Below, one piece after another: positions 39,205 through 49,025 of a stretch of 64,000 nucleotides of DNA (positions within the stretch are counted from its first letter, which is position 1; the number at the start of each line of letters is the position of its first letter). Source of the DNA: Bacteriovoracia bacterium. GTDB taxonomy: Bacteria > Bdellovibrionota > UBA1018 > CAIPTA01. Position numbers and translations under genes: made by a program. The DNA lies in contig JBFWVL010000001.1 in assembly GCA_050246755.1 (NCBI GenBank), positions 192,001-256,000 of the forward strand, read 5' to 3'. Under the pieces are notes generated by a model, which worked only from the letters and a program-made list of their open reading frames with translations, made no database searches and was not told where the DNA came from.

Positions 39205-41238
39205 ATGCGCATACTTATTTTATCACTGCCAATCGCGATCTTCGGGCTGCAAATGGCCTGGGCCGGCTTTCGTCACCCGATCGAGCAAACCGGTGAACAA
39301 GCCGCGGCCGTGCAGAATACGGTGATTCAGCGCCCCGCCTACTCGCCATCCGTAAAATCCTCTCCCGTTGCGGCTCCCGTGGCTGCACAAAATAGTCCCG
39401 CCGACCGCCGTACCGCCGGCGTCGTATCGGCCACCACCGCTCCGAGAAATTTTGGGCCGGTGCCGAAATCTCCCGGCCTTCCCGATGCCCAGCAAATGAA
39501 GACCGGCAGCGTGAATTTGCCCAAGGGCAACGGAATCACGGTTTTTCGCGATTCCTTGCCCGCCATCGAATTCAAGGGCAGAGACCGCGCCCAGCGCATT
39601 CACAGCTACTCTCGCCAGGCCCGCATGCTCCCGCTTCCCAAAGAGGACCATGCCGCGCAAGTTCGCAGCCGCGCTATCGTGGAAAAATACCGATCTGCGC
39701 TCTCGCCGGTTCGCCACACGCCCATTCGCACCCCGCTCAATTTACACATCGATAGCCTCGCTAAGATTACTCTTCCGTCCAAACCCGCAGCGTTCCGTCA
39801 CATGGTAAAAAGAATCGACGCTCTCTTCGATGGGCTCGAAGGCAGCCACGCTCGCGGCGTGGTGGCCCTCTGGGAACTATCCCGATCCCGCCTCAATCCT
39901 CCCGAGCTCCGCGCGCGCGATTCGCTCTTTTCTGGGATCCTAAGCTTGCGGGCGCAATGGGAATCGGTAGCCGCTAACCAGTTCGAGACGAGCGCGGCCC
40001 AGGATATTCAGGAGCAGGAGCGCTACCTCAAGATTCTTTGGAGCCAACTAGACCACTTCGAGAATCCGCTGAACGTAGATAGAGTGGTAAATCACTTCGG
40101 CCTCGAAGCGATCAAAGAACTTCAGCCCGAGGGCAACAAAGCGAATTTCTCCGTGGCCAAAAAAGCCCTGCGTGAAAAAGACGGCGAATCGGCCGCCCAC
40201 TTCTCCGCGCAAATCACCAGCGGCACCCTCCATGACCGCTTCGATCTGCTGAAAGCCATTTCTTCCCTCCAGCCTCGCGAAAAGGCTAGCGCCGAAACCC
40301 GCGCCTCTCTTGAAAGGCTGGCCACCCAGGGAGACGTGAGCGTAAGAGACGAAGCACGCCTGGCCCTCGCCCGCGCCCTTCTCCGCGAAGGCTCTACGCA
40401 GGACTCGCTCGCTCAGTACAATGCTATTCAAAAAAATGGTGTAAACCGGCTCGAGGTGATGGCGGAGCAATCCTACGTGGAATTCCTTACCGGTAACCAC
40501 CCCGAAGCCCTCGGTAAAGCGATCGGCGTGGAAAGTAAATTTTTTCAGTACGGCTTCTCTCCCGACATCCATCTGGTGGAAACGCTGAGCCGGAAAGCCA
40601 ATTGCGATTTCGGCGGAGCCGAAGCGGCCTTACAGCGCTTTGCCGACCGCTACGCTCCCGAGTTCGGCGCCCTCGACGCTCTCCTGCGCGAGAAAAAAGA
40701 TCCCGCCGCCTACTACGAAGAACTGATCGCCTACCACGAGCAAAAAGCTGCGCCGATGCGCCACCAACGCTATCTCTTGCGCCTGCCGGTGGTTATGGAG
40801 AATCAGAAGCTCTTGAACCAGGCCGAAAGAGACCTGCATAAAATCGAAATGCTGGGAGTAGAACGCCGGATCCCGGGCCGCCCGGAAGGCTGGGATGCTT
40901 TCGCCCAAAGCATGCGCGCCAGCTGGCAAAAACGCATCCCGGCGATTAAGCAGGAGTCCGGCGCTGCCGCCCTCGCGGAAGCAAGCTATATGGCCACGCG
41001 CCTACGTCAAAATTTCGGTCAAGCCGAGCTAATGGGCCTCGATTTATCCACTTCGGCCGCCAAAGATTTCAATCTGCAAAATGCGCTAAACTTCCCCGTT
41101 CGTAAGCTAGCGGCCACCGAGCCCAAGAAGAACCAAGTTCTCTGGCCGTTCGAACAGGAAATTTGGGAAGACGAGCTGGACTCGCTGCGGATGAAAAATC
41201 CTTCGAAATGCGCACTGGCAAATAAGCCGACTCTCTAG
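39205..41238 (+). CDS. GltC-like TPR protein
   Basis: EARLALAR TPR-like helices; C-terminal WPFEQEIWEDEL motif. Confidence 0.7.
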   Translation: MRILILSLPIAIFGLQMAWAGFRHPIEQTGEQAAAVQNTVIQRPAYSPSVKSSPVAAPVAAQNSPADRRTAGVVSATTAPRNFGPVPKSPGLPDAQQMKTGSVNLPKGNGITVFRDSLPAIEFKGRDRAQRIHSYSRQARMLPLPKEDHAAQVRSRAIVEKYRSALSPVRHTPIRTPLNLHIDSLAKITLPSKPAAFRHMVKRIDALFDGLEGSHARGVVALWELSRSRLNPPELRARDSLFSGILSLRAQWESVAANQFETSAAQDIQEQERYLKILWSQLDHFENPLNVDRVVNHFGLEAIKELQPEGNKANFSVAKKALREKDGESAAHFSAQITSGTLHDRFDLLKAISSLQPREKASAETRASLERLATQGDVSVRDEARLALARALLREGSTQDSLAQYNAIQKNGVNRLEVMAEQSYVEFLTGNHPEALGKAIGVESKFFQYGFSPDIHLVETLSRKANCDFGGAEAALQRFADRYAPEFGALDALLREKKDPAAYYEELIAYHEQKAAPMRHQRYLLRLPVVMENQKLLNQAERDLHKIEMLGVERRIPGRPEGWDAFAQSMRASWQKRIPAIKQESGAAALAEASYMATRLRQNFGQAELMGLDLSTSAAKDFNLQNALNFPVRKLAATEPKKNQVLWPFEQEIWEDELDSLRMKNPSKCALANKPTL

Positions 41239-42380
41239 AAACCTTTGAATCCAAATGAGCTGCCGACCGAGAGCAGGTAGCGGCGATCGCGGCGTTGTCC
41301 GCCGTAGCTGCCCAGCTCTTCGCCGTAAGTGGCGGCGTTGATCTTCAGCGCCCAGAGATCAAATCCCACGCCGGCGGTGAAGGAAGTTTGGTTCAGGCCC
41401 AGTTGCAGGGAAAGGACCGGTAAATCCAGGTTCACGCCCAAATGGATATGCTTGGGAAAATGCTCTTGGGCGAGGCTATAGTTTAGGTGGGAATAATCGA
41501 AAGCAAAGCTGAGGTGACTCGTGGACCGGTCGGGTCCGTAACGCCGCTCCAGCCGGCGATTTTTTCTTCCGCCGATCGGCACTCTGATCCCGAGCCCCAT
41601 CACCATATTGTCGTCGGTCCGTGTCGGCCGATTCTGATCCATCGAAGCGCCATAAGAGGTCTTTCCTATGTCATGCCACACGAAGGAAGAAGTCACTTCC
41701 GTTCTTCCTTGAAAAGGGAGACGATACTGCATGCCGACCGTGCCCGCCATCCCGCTGCCGCTTTCGGAGAATTTTTCTTTCAGTGTGGATTTGCTGCCGG
41801 CGAACTCATCGATGCCCATGTAACGCATTCCACCCACGCGACTGATGAATCTTAAGCTGGCCCCTACGCGAAAAGCCTTTTTCGGGCCCGCGCTCGCGGC
41901 CGCGCCTAGGTTGAGCGCCAGATCTTTCGTGTAGCGAGTGAAGGTGGTGGGATACGCGGTATTCTGTAGATCCACATCTGCGTGCACATCGTAACCAAGC
42001 CCCACGGCAAAATTAGGCACCGTGATCTGGCTCTGGTTCGTCACGTCGGCCATGATATGCTTGCCCACAAACGAATTCATCGTGCTGGCCAAGCTATTCG
42101 ATTCTTTTCCCATATTGGAAATATTTTTGTAGCTGCCAAGCACATCACGATTCGACGCAAGCCTTACGTCGAAGAGCTGAATATCCACCTTTTTCACCAG
42201 CGCCAATCCGGCCGGGTTGTAGTGCAGAGCCAGCCAATCGTCGGCGATCGCGGAATAAGCGCGGCCCATTCCAAAAGGCACCACCCCCACGTCGGGCCCA
42301 TAAAGCTCCGCCGCCCTCGCCGGGAGAACCCCGGCCCAGAGCACGAAGCCGATTAGGAGTAGGCTTCTACCAGCTCGCAT
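41235..42380 (-). CDS. Outer membrane beta-barrel (FadL/TraF/PorV-like hatch motif)
   Basis: GMGRAYSAIADD..ALHYNPAGL; ATYGEELG; terminal Phe. Confidence 0.75.
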   Translation of the reverse strand: MRAGRSLLLIGFVLWAGVLPARAAELYGPDVGVVPFGMGRAYSAIADDWLALHYNPAGLALVKKVDIQLFDVRLASNRDVLGSYKNISNMGKESNSLASTMNSFVGKHIMADVTNQSQITVPNFAVGLGYDVHADVDLQNTAYPTTFTRYTKDLALNLGAAASAGPKKAFRVGASLRFISRVGGMRYMGIDEFAGSKSTLKEKFSESGSGMAGTVGMQYRLPFQGRTEVTSSFVWHDIGKTSYGASMDQNRPTRTDDNMVMGLGIRVPIGGRKNRRLERRYGPDRSTSHLSFAFDYSHLNYSLAQEHFPKHIHLGVNLDLPVLSLQLGLNQTSFTAGVGFDLWALKINAATYGEELGSYGGQRRDRRYLLSVGSSFGFKGF

Positions 42381-43164
42381 TCACCCCGCCCACCACGGCT
42401 TCGGCGGTCACGCTGCTGGCATTCGTGCCGTCGCAAAGAGACCGGTCCTTATTGAGAACAGCGCAGGAAGATAATCCCGCGCCCGTACAAATACTATTTA
42501 GGCTATTCTTCAGTGCGGTGCTATCGTCGTCGTTTAGCGAAGAATGATTGAAGCTATCGGAGAGAATTCCAAGCGCGGCGGTGAGCGCGCAGGCATCCAC
42601 GTTCTCCATTTCCCCCGCGGGGTTCGAGCCGGTGGCATACGATAGCGCGACCGTTTTCGCCCCGCTGGGATCAGGAGACCCATACGCCTTGAGAATCGAG
42701 CCGATCACGCCCATCTGCAAAAATACCATATAGGTATTTTCCCGACTCGTACGCTGATCGGCCGCGAGGCGCGCGCCGTTCTGGGTGATCACGTCGGTGG
42801 CGCTATAGAAATTTCCCTGCCCGCCCCCATCTATGACGGCCTTCACCATGCCGGTAAAAAAATTGCTGGTCCCGGAAATACTAGATGCCATGGTGAGTAG
42901 GCGGAATTTTCCGTAGCAGGCATAGGCGGAAGATTTGATGACTCTCACTTCATCGTCCACGTGGGGCGAGCTGAAGAGCGGATCGATGGCTTCCATCGCG
43001 GCTCCGCAATTTTCCTGGCTTAAAAAGAAGTTAGCTTCGTCGATTCGTGCGCGCCGGCCTCGCTCTTTCGCCAGATCGAACCGATCACCGCAGGCCACGA
43101 GCCCAATGAGGAAAAATAAGGGAACAAGAAAAACGATGCGACGCACGGAGAGGGAAACATCCAT
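42367..43164 (-). CDS. Hypothetical lipoprotein
   Basis: Lipobox LVAC; several Cys; overlaps the barrel gene. Confidence 0.7.
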   Translation of the reverse strand: MDVSLSVRRIVFLVPLFFLIGLVACGDRFDLAKERGRRARIDEANFFLSQENCGAAMEAIDPLFSSPHVDDEVRVIKSSAYACYGKFRLLTMASSISGTSNFFTGMVKAVIDGGGQGNFYSATDVITQNGARLAADQRTSRENTYMVFLQMGVIGSILKAYGSPDPSGAKTVALSYATGSNPAGEMENVDACALTAALGILSDSFNHSSLNDDDSTALKNSLNSICTGAGLSSCAVLNKDRSLCDGTNASSVTAEAVVGGVNASW

Positions 43165-43190
43165 GTCAGCCTCCTAGTAAATAGGATACG

Positions 43191-44378
43191 TTAGGCGTCG
43201 ATTTTTTGCAAAGCGGCTTGAATTCGCTTTAAGCCTTTTTCTAAGGTTTTCACGTCTTTAGCGAACGAGATGCGAATATATTTATCATCACCAAATGGCC
43301 GGCCCGGCACCACGGCCACTCCGGCCTCATTCAGCAGGTATTCGGCGACCAAATCACTTCCGCCGCCTAATTTTTTTGCGTAATAGGACACGTCCGGAAA
43401 CAGGTAAAATGCTCCTTTTGGTTTCTCGACCAAAAGATGCGGAATCTCACGCAGGAGTGCAAAACTAAGATCCCGGCGCTTTTGCATATCCGCTAAGCGC
43501 ACCGTGAAATCGCACTCTTCTTTCTTTAGCGCCTCCACGGCTCCCAGTTGCACGAAGCTGGTGATATGCGTAGCGCTCTGCGCTTGTAGAATTCCCATGG
43601 CCTCAATGAGGGTTTGTTCTCCGGCCGCAAATCCAACCCTCCACCCCGTCATCGCGTGCGATTTCGAAAGGCCATTGAACGTGATCGTGCGTCGATAAGC
43701 GTCGGAGGAAAGAGAAGCGAAGGGAACAAACTCTTCGCCATCATAAACAAGAGAGCTATAAATTTCGTCGGACGCCACGAGCACGTCCGTGCCTTCTAGG
43801 GCCTTCGCCAGGTCTTCCATTTCTTTCCGGGAATACATCCCTCCACATGGATTATTCGGTGAATTTAAAATCACCAGGCGGGTTTTGGGGTTCAGCGTTT
43901 TTTTAATTTCAGAAATAGGAAGACGGAACTCTCCCGAGCCCGGTAATACCACGGGCGTGCCTCCCGCGAGCCGCACCATTTCCGGATAAGAAACCCAAAA
44001 AGGCGCGGGAATAATCACTTCGTCGCCCGCCCCCACGGCGGCCAGCATCAGGTGAAAGAGACCCTGTTTTACCCCGGCGGTAACGGTGATCTGCTTTGCT
44101 TCGTACTTCAGATGAAATTCCCGCTGAAACCAATCAGCGGCGGCACTGCGCAATTCGGGAATTCCGTGCGGAGCCGTATAGCGCGTCTGACCCTGCTGGA
44201 TAGCGCGAATCGTAACGGCCTTGATGGCATCTGGGGTCTCGAAATCCGTCTCGCCAGCCGTTAAATTCACCACGTCTTTACCGGCGCGGATCATCTCCTG
44301 CGCCATCGCATTCAAGCGCACGGTCGGAGAGCTTTCTACGCCCGTCATCCGCTTTGCTAAACGAAAAAGTCCGCTCAT
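43191..44378 (-). CDS. PLP-dependent class I/II (aspartate) aminotransferase
   Basis: GETDF.TP, NSPNNP.G, SDEIY, NGLSKSHAMTGWRVG, GAFY, IRISFA. Confidence 0.95.
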   Translation of the reverse strand: MSGLFRLAKRMTGVESSPTVRLNAMAQEMIRAGKDVVNLTAGETDFETPDAIKAVTIRAIQQGQTRYTAPHGIPELRSAAADWFQREFHLKYEAKQITVTAGVKQGLFHLMLAAVGAGDEVIIPAPFWVSYPEMVRLAGGTPVVLPGSGEFRLPISEIKKTLNPKTRLVILNSPNNPCGGMYSRKEMEDLAKALEGTDVLVASDEIYSSLVYDGEEFVPFASLSSDAYRRTITFNGLSKSHAMTGWRVGFAAGEQTLIEAMGILQAQSATHITSFVQLGAVEALKKEECDFTVRLADMQKRRDLSFALLREIPHLLVEKPKGAFYLFPDVSYYAKKLGGGSDLVAEYLLNEAGVAVVPGRPFGDDKYIRISFAKDVKTLEKGLKRIQAALQKIDA

Positions 44379-44881
44379 CGAATGTCACCACCTTTAAGCT
44401 TTTGCTTTATCGATTGCCAAACGGGGGCGGGCACGTAGGGCCGGATATTTCCTCCGAACGCCGCTACTTCTTTGAGCACGGTGGAGCTTACGAAAAACAG
44501 ATTTTTACCGGTAACCATGAAAACAGTTTCCACTTTTTCGTTCAGTTCGCGGTTAATTGCGGCCATCATGAATTCACTTTCGAAGTCGCTGGCCGCCCTA
44601 AGGCCTCGCAGCACCGCGCTCACTTTATTTTTTCTCGCGTAGTCCATGATGAGGCCCTCGCAAAGATCTACCTTCACCCGCTTCTCGTTGGCGAAAACTT
44701 TACGGATTAAATCGATTCGCTCATCCGGGGAAAACCACCAGCCCTTTTGCGAGGATTTACGGAGGTTCATCGCTACCACCACGATGATTTCATCAAAAAC
44801 ATTGAGCCCACGGCGGATAATATCAATATGGCCATTGGTGATGGGATCGAAGGAGCCGGGATAAATTGCACGCCGCTTCAT
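44375..44881 (-). CDS. coaD: Phosphopantetheine adenylyltransferase
   Basis: YPGSFDPITNGH, RGLR..SDFE.E, VSST. Confidence 0.97.
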   Translation of the reverse strand: MKRRAIYPGSFDPITNGHIDIIRRGLNVFDEIIVVVAMNLRKSSQKGWWFSPDERIDLIRKVFANEKRVKVDLCEGLIMDYARKNKVSAVLRGLRAASDFESEFMMAAINRELNEKVETVFMVTGKNLFFVSSTVLKEVAAFGGNIRPYVPAPVWQSIKQKLKGGDIR

Positions 44882-44929
44882 GGGAGCAGCATACCAATCT
44901 TAGACGCGCTTTCGAAACATATAATAGGC

Positions 44930-45505
44930 CTACGCATCGCGCAGAAACACACTAATCCCCGCCGGGCCTAACGTGCGTGTGGAATGAAGCCTTAAATTAG
45001 GCAGGCCAGCATAGCTCACTTTCGGATCATGCTCGAAAACTACGATAGCTCCCGGATTCAAAAGCGAACCTTCCGCGAACGAGGCGAGTAATTCTGGGAG
45101 ATAAGAATCCGCGTAAGGGGGATCGAGCAGAACGAGATCGAAAGGGCCTTCGCCGCGCCATTTTCCTTTTGTCACATCATCGTTCTTCACCTGGCATTGC
45201 GCCGAGCAGCCCAAGATTTTAATATTTTCGAGCAAGACCTGGCTAGTCTTTCGGTCTTTCTCCACGAAAACGCAGTGTTCTGCTCCGCGGCTTAATATTT
45301 CCAGCCCCAGACCGCCTACCCCGGCGTATAGATCTACGCAGCGCCACCCCGAATACGTTGGTGGCTCACCGCGCCTTTTCCATTCGATTGCTTCGATGAT
45401 GCTGAATAAGCCTGCTTTGACGCGCCCCGAAGAGGGACGCAAGCCCTCTCGCTCTAAGGCTTTTAAGCGCCGGCCGCTCCATTCTCCACCTAAAATCGAA
45501 AGCAT
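44930..45505 (-). CDS. rsmD: 16S rRNA m2G966 methyltransferase
   Basis: LRPSSGRVK..LF, DLYAGVG.LG.E..SRGA, DPPY. Confidence 0.92.
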   Translation of the reverse strand: MLSILGGEWSGRRLKALEREGLRPSSGRVKAGLFSIIEAIEWKRRGEPPTYSGWRCVDLYAGVGGLGLEILSRGAEHCVFVEKDRKTSQVLLENIKILGCSAQCQVKNDDVTKGKWRGEGPFDLVLLDPPYADSYLPELLASFAEGSLLNPGAIVVFEHDPKVSYAGLPNLRLHSTRTLGPAGISVFLRDA

Positions 45506-45536
45506 GGGCCGACACTATCTCAGAAAAGAAGGTTTG

Positions 45537-45863
45537 CTAAGCCGCGTGACGCTTCTTTTCCATACCCGTGGGAATGCGGAATTCGGTTCCATCGGCCATA
45601 CGGCAGACTAGAGCGTCTTCGTTACAAAGGATTTCAATGCTCCGCTCCCCATTGGAAAAACAAAGCTTTAAGTTAATCACACCCGTGAGCTCTAAATTAA
45701 GGGCCTGGTCAACGCGCAGTCCTGGAGCCTTCTTTGGAGTGTTTAGGGCAGGCGCAACAGCGGCCTTACTCTTCAATTCTTCTTCTTTAGAAATGCCTTG
45801 GATGATTTGGTCCAGGTCGTCATCGGACATTTCTTCTTCTTTAGTACTATTTACATCCGCCAT
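45537..45863 (-). CDS. Hypothetical protein (acidic N-terminus)
   Basis: 108-aa ORF with GAGG RBS and upstream sigma28-like promoter. Confidence 0.7.
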   Translation of the reverse strand: MADVNSTKEEEMSDDDLDQIIQGISKEEELKSKAAVAPALNTPKKAPGLRVDQALNLELTGVINLKLCFSNGERSIEILCNEDALVCRMADGTEFRIPTGMEKKRHAA

Positions 45864-45890
45864 GATTTGCCTCGGTTAAATGCTGCTTTC

Positions 45891-45917
45891 CTATCGTCAA
45901 TTTCCTCAAATCCTTAA
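45891..45917 (-). promoter_or_regulatory. Sigma28 (FliA)-like promoter
   Basis: TTAAG-N14-GACGATAG. Confidence 0.5.
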
Positions 45918-46038
45918 AGGCAAAATAGCCTAAAAATCTTCTGTAATTTCGTAGATTTAGTTGACAGACTTTCTGATATTTTTGCTAGTGATCTCATCCC
46001 CCGCTTTGGTATAAAAGACGGCTCTCGGGGGATACTAG

Positions 46039-48825
46039 GTGGGGAACGATTCCAGTAAAAATCAGCTGCAGAATTTGCACGGCTTATTATGCCCGCAAAC
46101 GCTGAAAGGGGCCTTTCGCCATGCTCACGCGGCGAACCTACCCGCACGCGAAGGATTGAAAGAGCTTCTCTCTTCCGGACAAATGGCGGCTAACCCCGCC
46201 AATGGCTCCCGCTCCTCCCCCGACTTTGCTCGCTGGGACCACTGCCTCGAACTTTTGGTGGAAGAATTTCTTCTCCGCAAAGAAGAACTGAAGCGGCTCA
46301 ACAAAGCCCGCCGCCTGCAAATCGAGCAATTTCTCGCCGCCAAAGCGGGAACCGAAGTTTCGCTGGAATCCGCCGTCCAAAGCCGAATTGGCAGCAACGA
46401 ACATGAGGCCTTGCGCCTCTTCTCTTACCAAGTTTCCGTTTTCCACCTCCTGCAGATCCTTTTGCTGAAGCGCTGGACCGATACCGGGCTGATCACCGAG
46501 AAAAATTCTAACGGCCCCGAGCAAACCATTAATTGGCAGATCACTTCCTTCCTGAAGCGAAATGTGGCCAAGAAGATGCTCGGCCGGCATGACTGGTCTT
46601 TCTTAAAACAAAATATTTACAGCTGGTTTGCCCCTTCGCAGGAAACCCGTGAGCGGCTGCGGCTAATGCTTGAGCCCGTGAATCTCGCAAAATTCGACGG
46701 TGATTTTCCCGCCCATTTCCTCCAGGAAATGGGCCTGCGCACGCGGCTTTCCCTACTAGGATTCACGCCCTCCTCGATCGACTCCGCCTCGCTTTGGCGC
46801 CTTTTGCTGGAACAAAAAGTTCACGATCAGCGTCTTCCCTCCCTGGAGCAGCTGAATTTTGCTTCGCCCACGAGCGGGGCATTGCTGGTGAGCGGCCTCC
46901 GCAATGGAGAGAGCCTAAACTCCCTGCGCTCCCTGGCTAGCTCGAAAGAACTTCACGATGTTTGGGCATTTACCGATAGCGAGTTCGAGCGTTACCTTTC
47001 CGAAATATTCATTCTTTGGGATTCTGCGAGCGAAGTTCCCCGCATCAATATTCATCCCCGCTCGATCTTGCGCGAATCCACCCGTGGCGCAAAATCGGCT
47101 TCCTTATTCCAGGAAGGCGTGGTTGTTCCTTATCACGCCCAAATGGCGGCCTGCTTTCATGCGGGCGCAGGCCCCGAGCTCGACGATTGTACGGCCATGC
47201 TGGAGCAACTCCGGGAAGGTGGGCTTTTGCTGATCGTCTCCGATCAGTTCTGGCCAACCGATGCCCAAGATATTTCCGACAAAATGCGTGATACCACCCT
47301 CCGCAAGTCATGCCTGCGCTTGATTATCGATTTACGCCAGCTCTCGGCCAGTGAGGGCGAAACCCTGCCCAAGGGAATTTTCATTTTAGAAAAATGCACC
47401 AGCAAAGAAGTGCGCGACTCCAACCGCCCCCAAGTACTGCGGGCTCGCGGAACGCTGTACCCGCAGCTTGCATCCCAGTTTTGGGATATGATCCTGGATT
47501 GCGTGCGCCAGGATTCTCCTCCGGGAGAAGTAAACCTACGCACGATCGGCAGCGGCGGTGATGGAATTAAAATTGAATCCATGGCCGCCGCCGCTCAGCA
47601 GCTGCAGCTCCGCAATACGCCGTGGAATACCTTATCGGACCCTCAGTTCTACGAAGCGAGCGGCCGCCTAAGACGTAGTCCCAGTAAAGCCTTCACACTG
47701 GGTACGATCTTGCGCTGGAAGCCGGAGATGCAGTCTCCCTCGCCTCGTGCCGTATTATTGCAAGAAGAGGCCAATTGCCTGCGCGTTGCCTTGCCGGCCC
47801 AGGCTAACCAGCTCTCCCCGGAACTCCCCCAATTTCTTTTCCTTCCTGATCAAACAATGGTGGAGCATCCGAACTTTTTAACCGCTCAGCTTTATTCCGC
47901 CCCAATCCAATTTTGGTACCATCTTGAGTCAGAGCAAAATGCCGGGAAAAAAGCCAAAACGGTGGAACGCCAATCCGAGCAGCGCTTAAAGCTAATGCCA
48001 CTGATCCGGCTATTCGAGCCGGGCACCCTCCTGCCGGTATCTAGCTCCGGCAAGATTTTTGGCTCGCTCGACGAAGCTCGCTCCGCTCTGCAGGGAATTT
48101 TCCGGCAGCCCTTGCTCGGCGCGTCCGAACGCTCGCGGCTGCATGAGATAATTATTTCCCTGGAACGTTCGATCACGGCGAACTTAGAGAACTGCGCCGA
48201 GCTTTCCCGCCATTTATTCCCCGAGCTGGCCATCCTGCGCTGGAATATGCCCTCCACTCTTCCGCAGCCGGCCGCGAACTTTGTCTTCGAAATTTTCCGG
48301 CATCTCGACCACAGCCCCCTCCTGCACCATCCGGCGGTGCACATCACACGTTTGCGTAACGTGCAGGACTTCAAGGTAACCAATGTGGCCTGCGAAGAAC
48401 TGCCCATGGGAGGCTTAGCCGAGCTGCAGCTTTTTCATGGTACCGATGCGGTACTGCGCCTTAATGGCCCCTCACTTATCCTGCAGGCGACGCTCGGGCA
48501 CATTCAATCGCGCATTGGCCGTCCATGGAGAGAAATTTCCGATCAGCTCAAGTTCCCTACCGACTTCACCTTAGTGCGCAATCAGCTGCAAGAAGTAATG
48601 AAGAGCATCGATAGCCAGCTGCAGTTCACGCGTGAACATGTAGCCCTGCTCGATCAGATTTTTTGCTGCTTATTCGGATTAAGTAAATCCTTCGTGGATG
48701 AAAGTGCGCGGCAAACCATGCGCCGTCATCTATCGCCTGAGGAAACCAAGATCACGGTTCAATTTCAGAAAGAATCGCCCTTCAGACTAGCAGATTCTGA
48801 AATTCCCAGAGGCTTCCTACAATAA
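46039..48825 (+). CDS. Large hypothetical protein resembling a degenerate Type IIG/Eco57I-like DNA methyltransferase-TRD
   Basis: LREGGLLLIV...KMRD..LR...LIIDL...IFILEK and FLTAQLYS..IQFWY...LKLMPL patterns; no NPPY or DPxCGxG. Confidence 0.55.
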   Translation: MGNDSSKNQLQNLHGLLCPQTLKGAFRHAHAANLPAREGLKELLSSGQMAANPANGSRSSPDFARWDHCLELLVEEFLLRKEELKRLNKARRLQIEQFLAAKAGTEVSLESAVQSRIGSNEHEALRLFSYQVSVFHLLQILLLKRWTDTGLITEKNSNGPEQTINWQITSFLKRNVAKKMLGRHDWSFLKQNIYSWFAPSQETRERLRLMLEPVNLAKFDGDFPAHFLQEMGLRTRLSLLGFTPSSIDSASLWRLLLEQKVHDQRLPSLEQLNFASPTSGALLVSGLRNGESLNSLRSLASSKELHDVWAFTDSEFERYLSEIFILWDSASEVPRINIHPRSILRESTRGAKSASLFQEGVVVPYHAQMAACFHAGAGPELDDCTAMLEQLREGGLLLIVSDQFWPTDAQDISDKMRDTTLRKSCLRLIIDLRQLSASEGETLPKGIFILEKCTSKEVRDSNRPQVLRARGTLYPQLASQFWDMILDCVRQDSPPGEVNLRTIGSGGDGIKIESMAAAAQQLQLRNTPWNTLSDPQFYEASGRLRRSPSKAFTLGTILRWKPEMQSPSPRAVLLQEEANCLRVALPAQANQLSPELPQFLFLPDQTMVEHPNFLTAQLYSAPIQFWYHLESEQNAGKKAKTVERQSEQRLKLMPLIRLFEPGTLLPVSSSGKIFGSLDEARSALQGIFRQPLLGASERSRLHEIIISLERSITANLENCAELSRHLFPELAILRWNMPSTLPQPAANFVFEIFRHLDHSPLLHHPAVHITRLRNVQDFKVTNVACEELPMGGLAELQLFHGTDAVLRLNGPSLILQATLGHIQSRIGRPWREISDQLKFPTDFTLVRNQLQEVMKSIDSQLQFTREHVALLDQIFCCLFGLSKSFVDESARQTMRRHLSPEETKITVQFQKESPFRLADSEIPRGFLQ

Positions 48826-48973
48826 TAAAAATCCAAGAAACCCTGTCCATGCGCTGCAAACTCCCGCGGATCGGATGAATGCGCTCTAAATTCTTCGCCA
48901 CCTCGGGCATTTGCAGGGATAGCTGCAAAAATACTCCGCAAAAAAGAACGATTATTGGGAACCATAAGTCCAT
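48782..48973 (-). CDS. Putative 63-aa two-TM small membrane protein
   Basis: MDLWFPIIVLFCGVFLQLSL...VSWIFIIVGSLW; GCCGATAT 6 nt before ATG. Confidence 0.55.
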   Translation of the reverse strand: MDLWFPIIVLFCGVFLQLSLQMPEVAKNLERIHPIRGSLQRMDRVSWIFIIVGSLWEFQNLLV

Positions 48974-48979
48974 AGAACG

Positions 48980-49007
48980 ATATCGGCAATTGACCACCGG
49001 AAGTAAA
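48980..49007 (-). promoter_or_regulatory. Sigma28 (FliA)-like promoter
   Basis: TTTAC-N15-GCCGATAT. Confidence 0.55.
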
Positions 49008-49025
49008 GCGACATAAAATCTAGCG

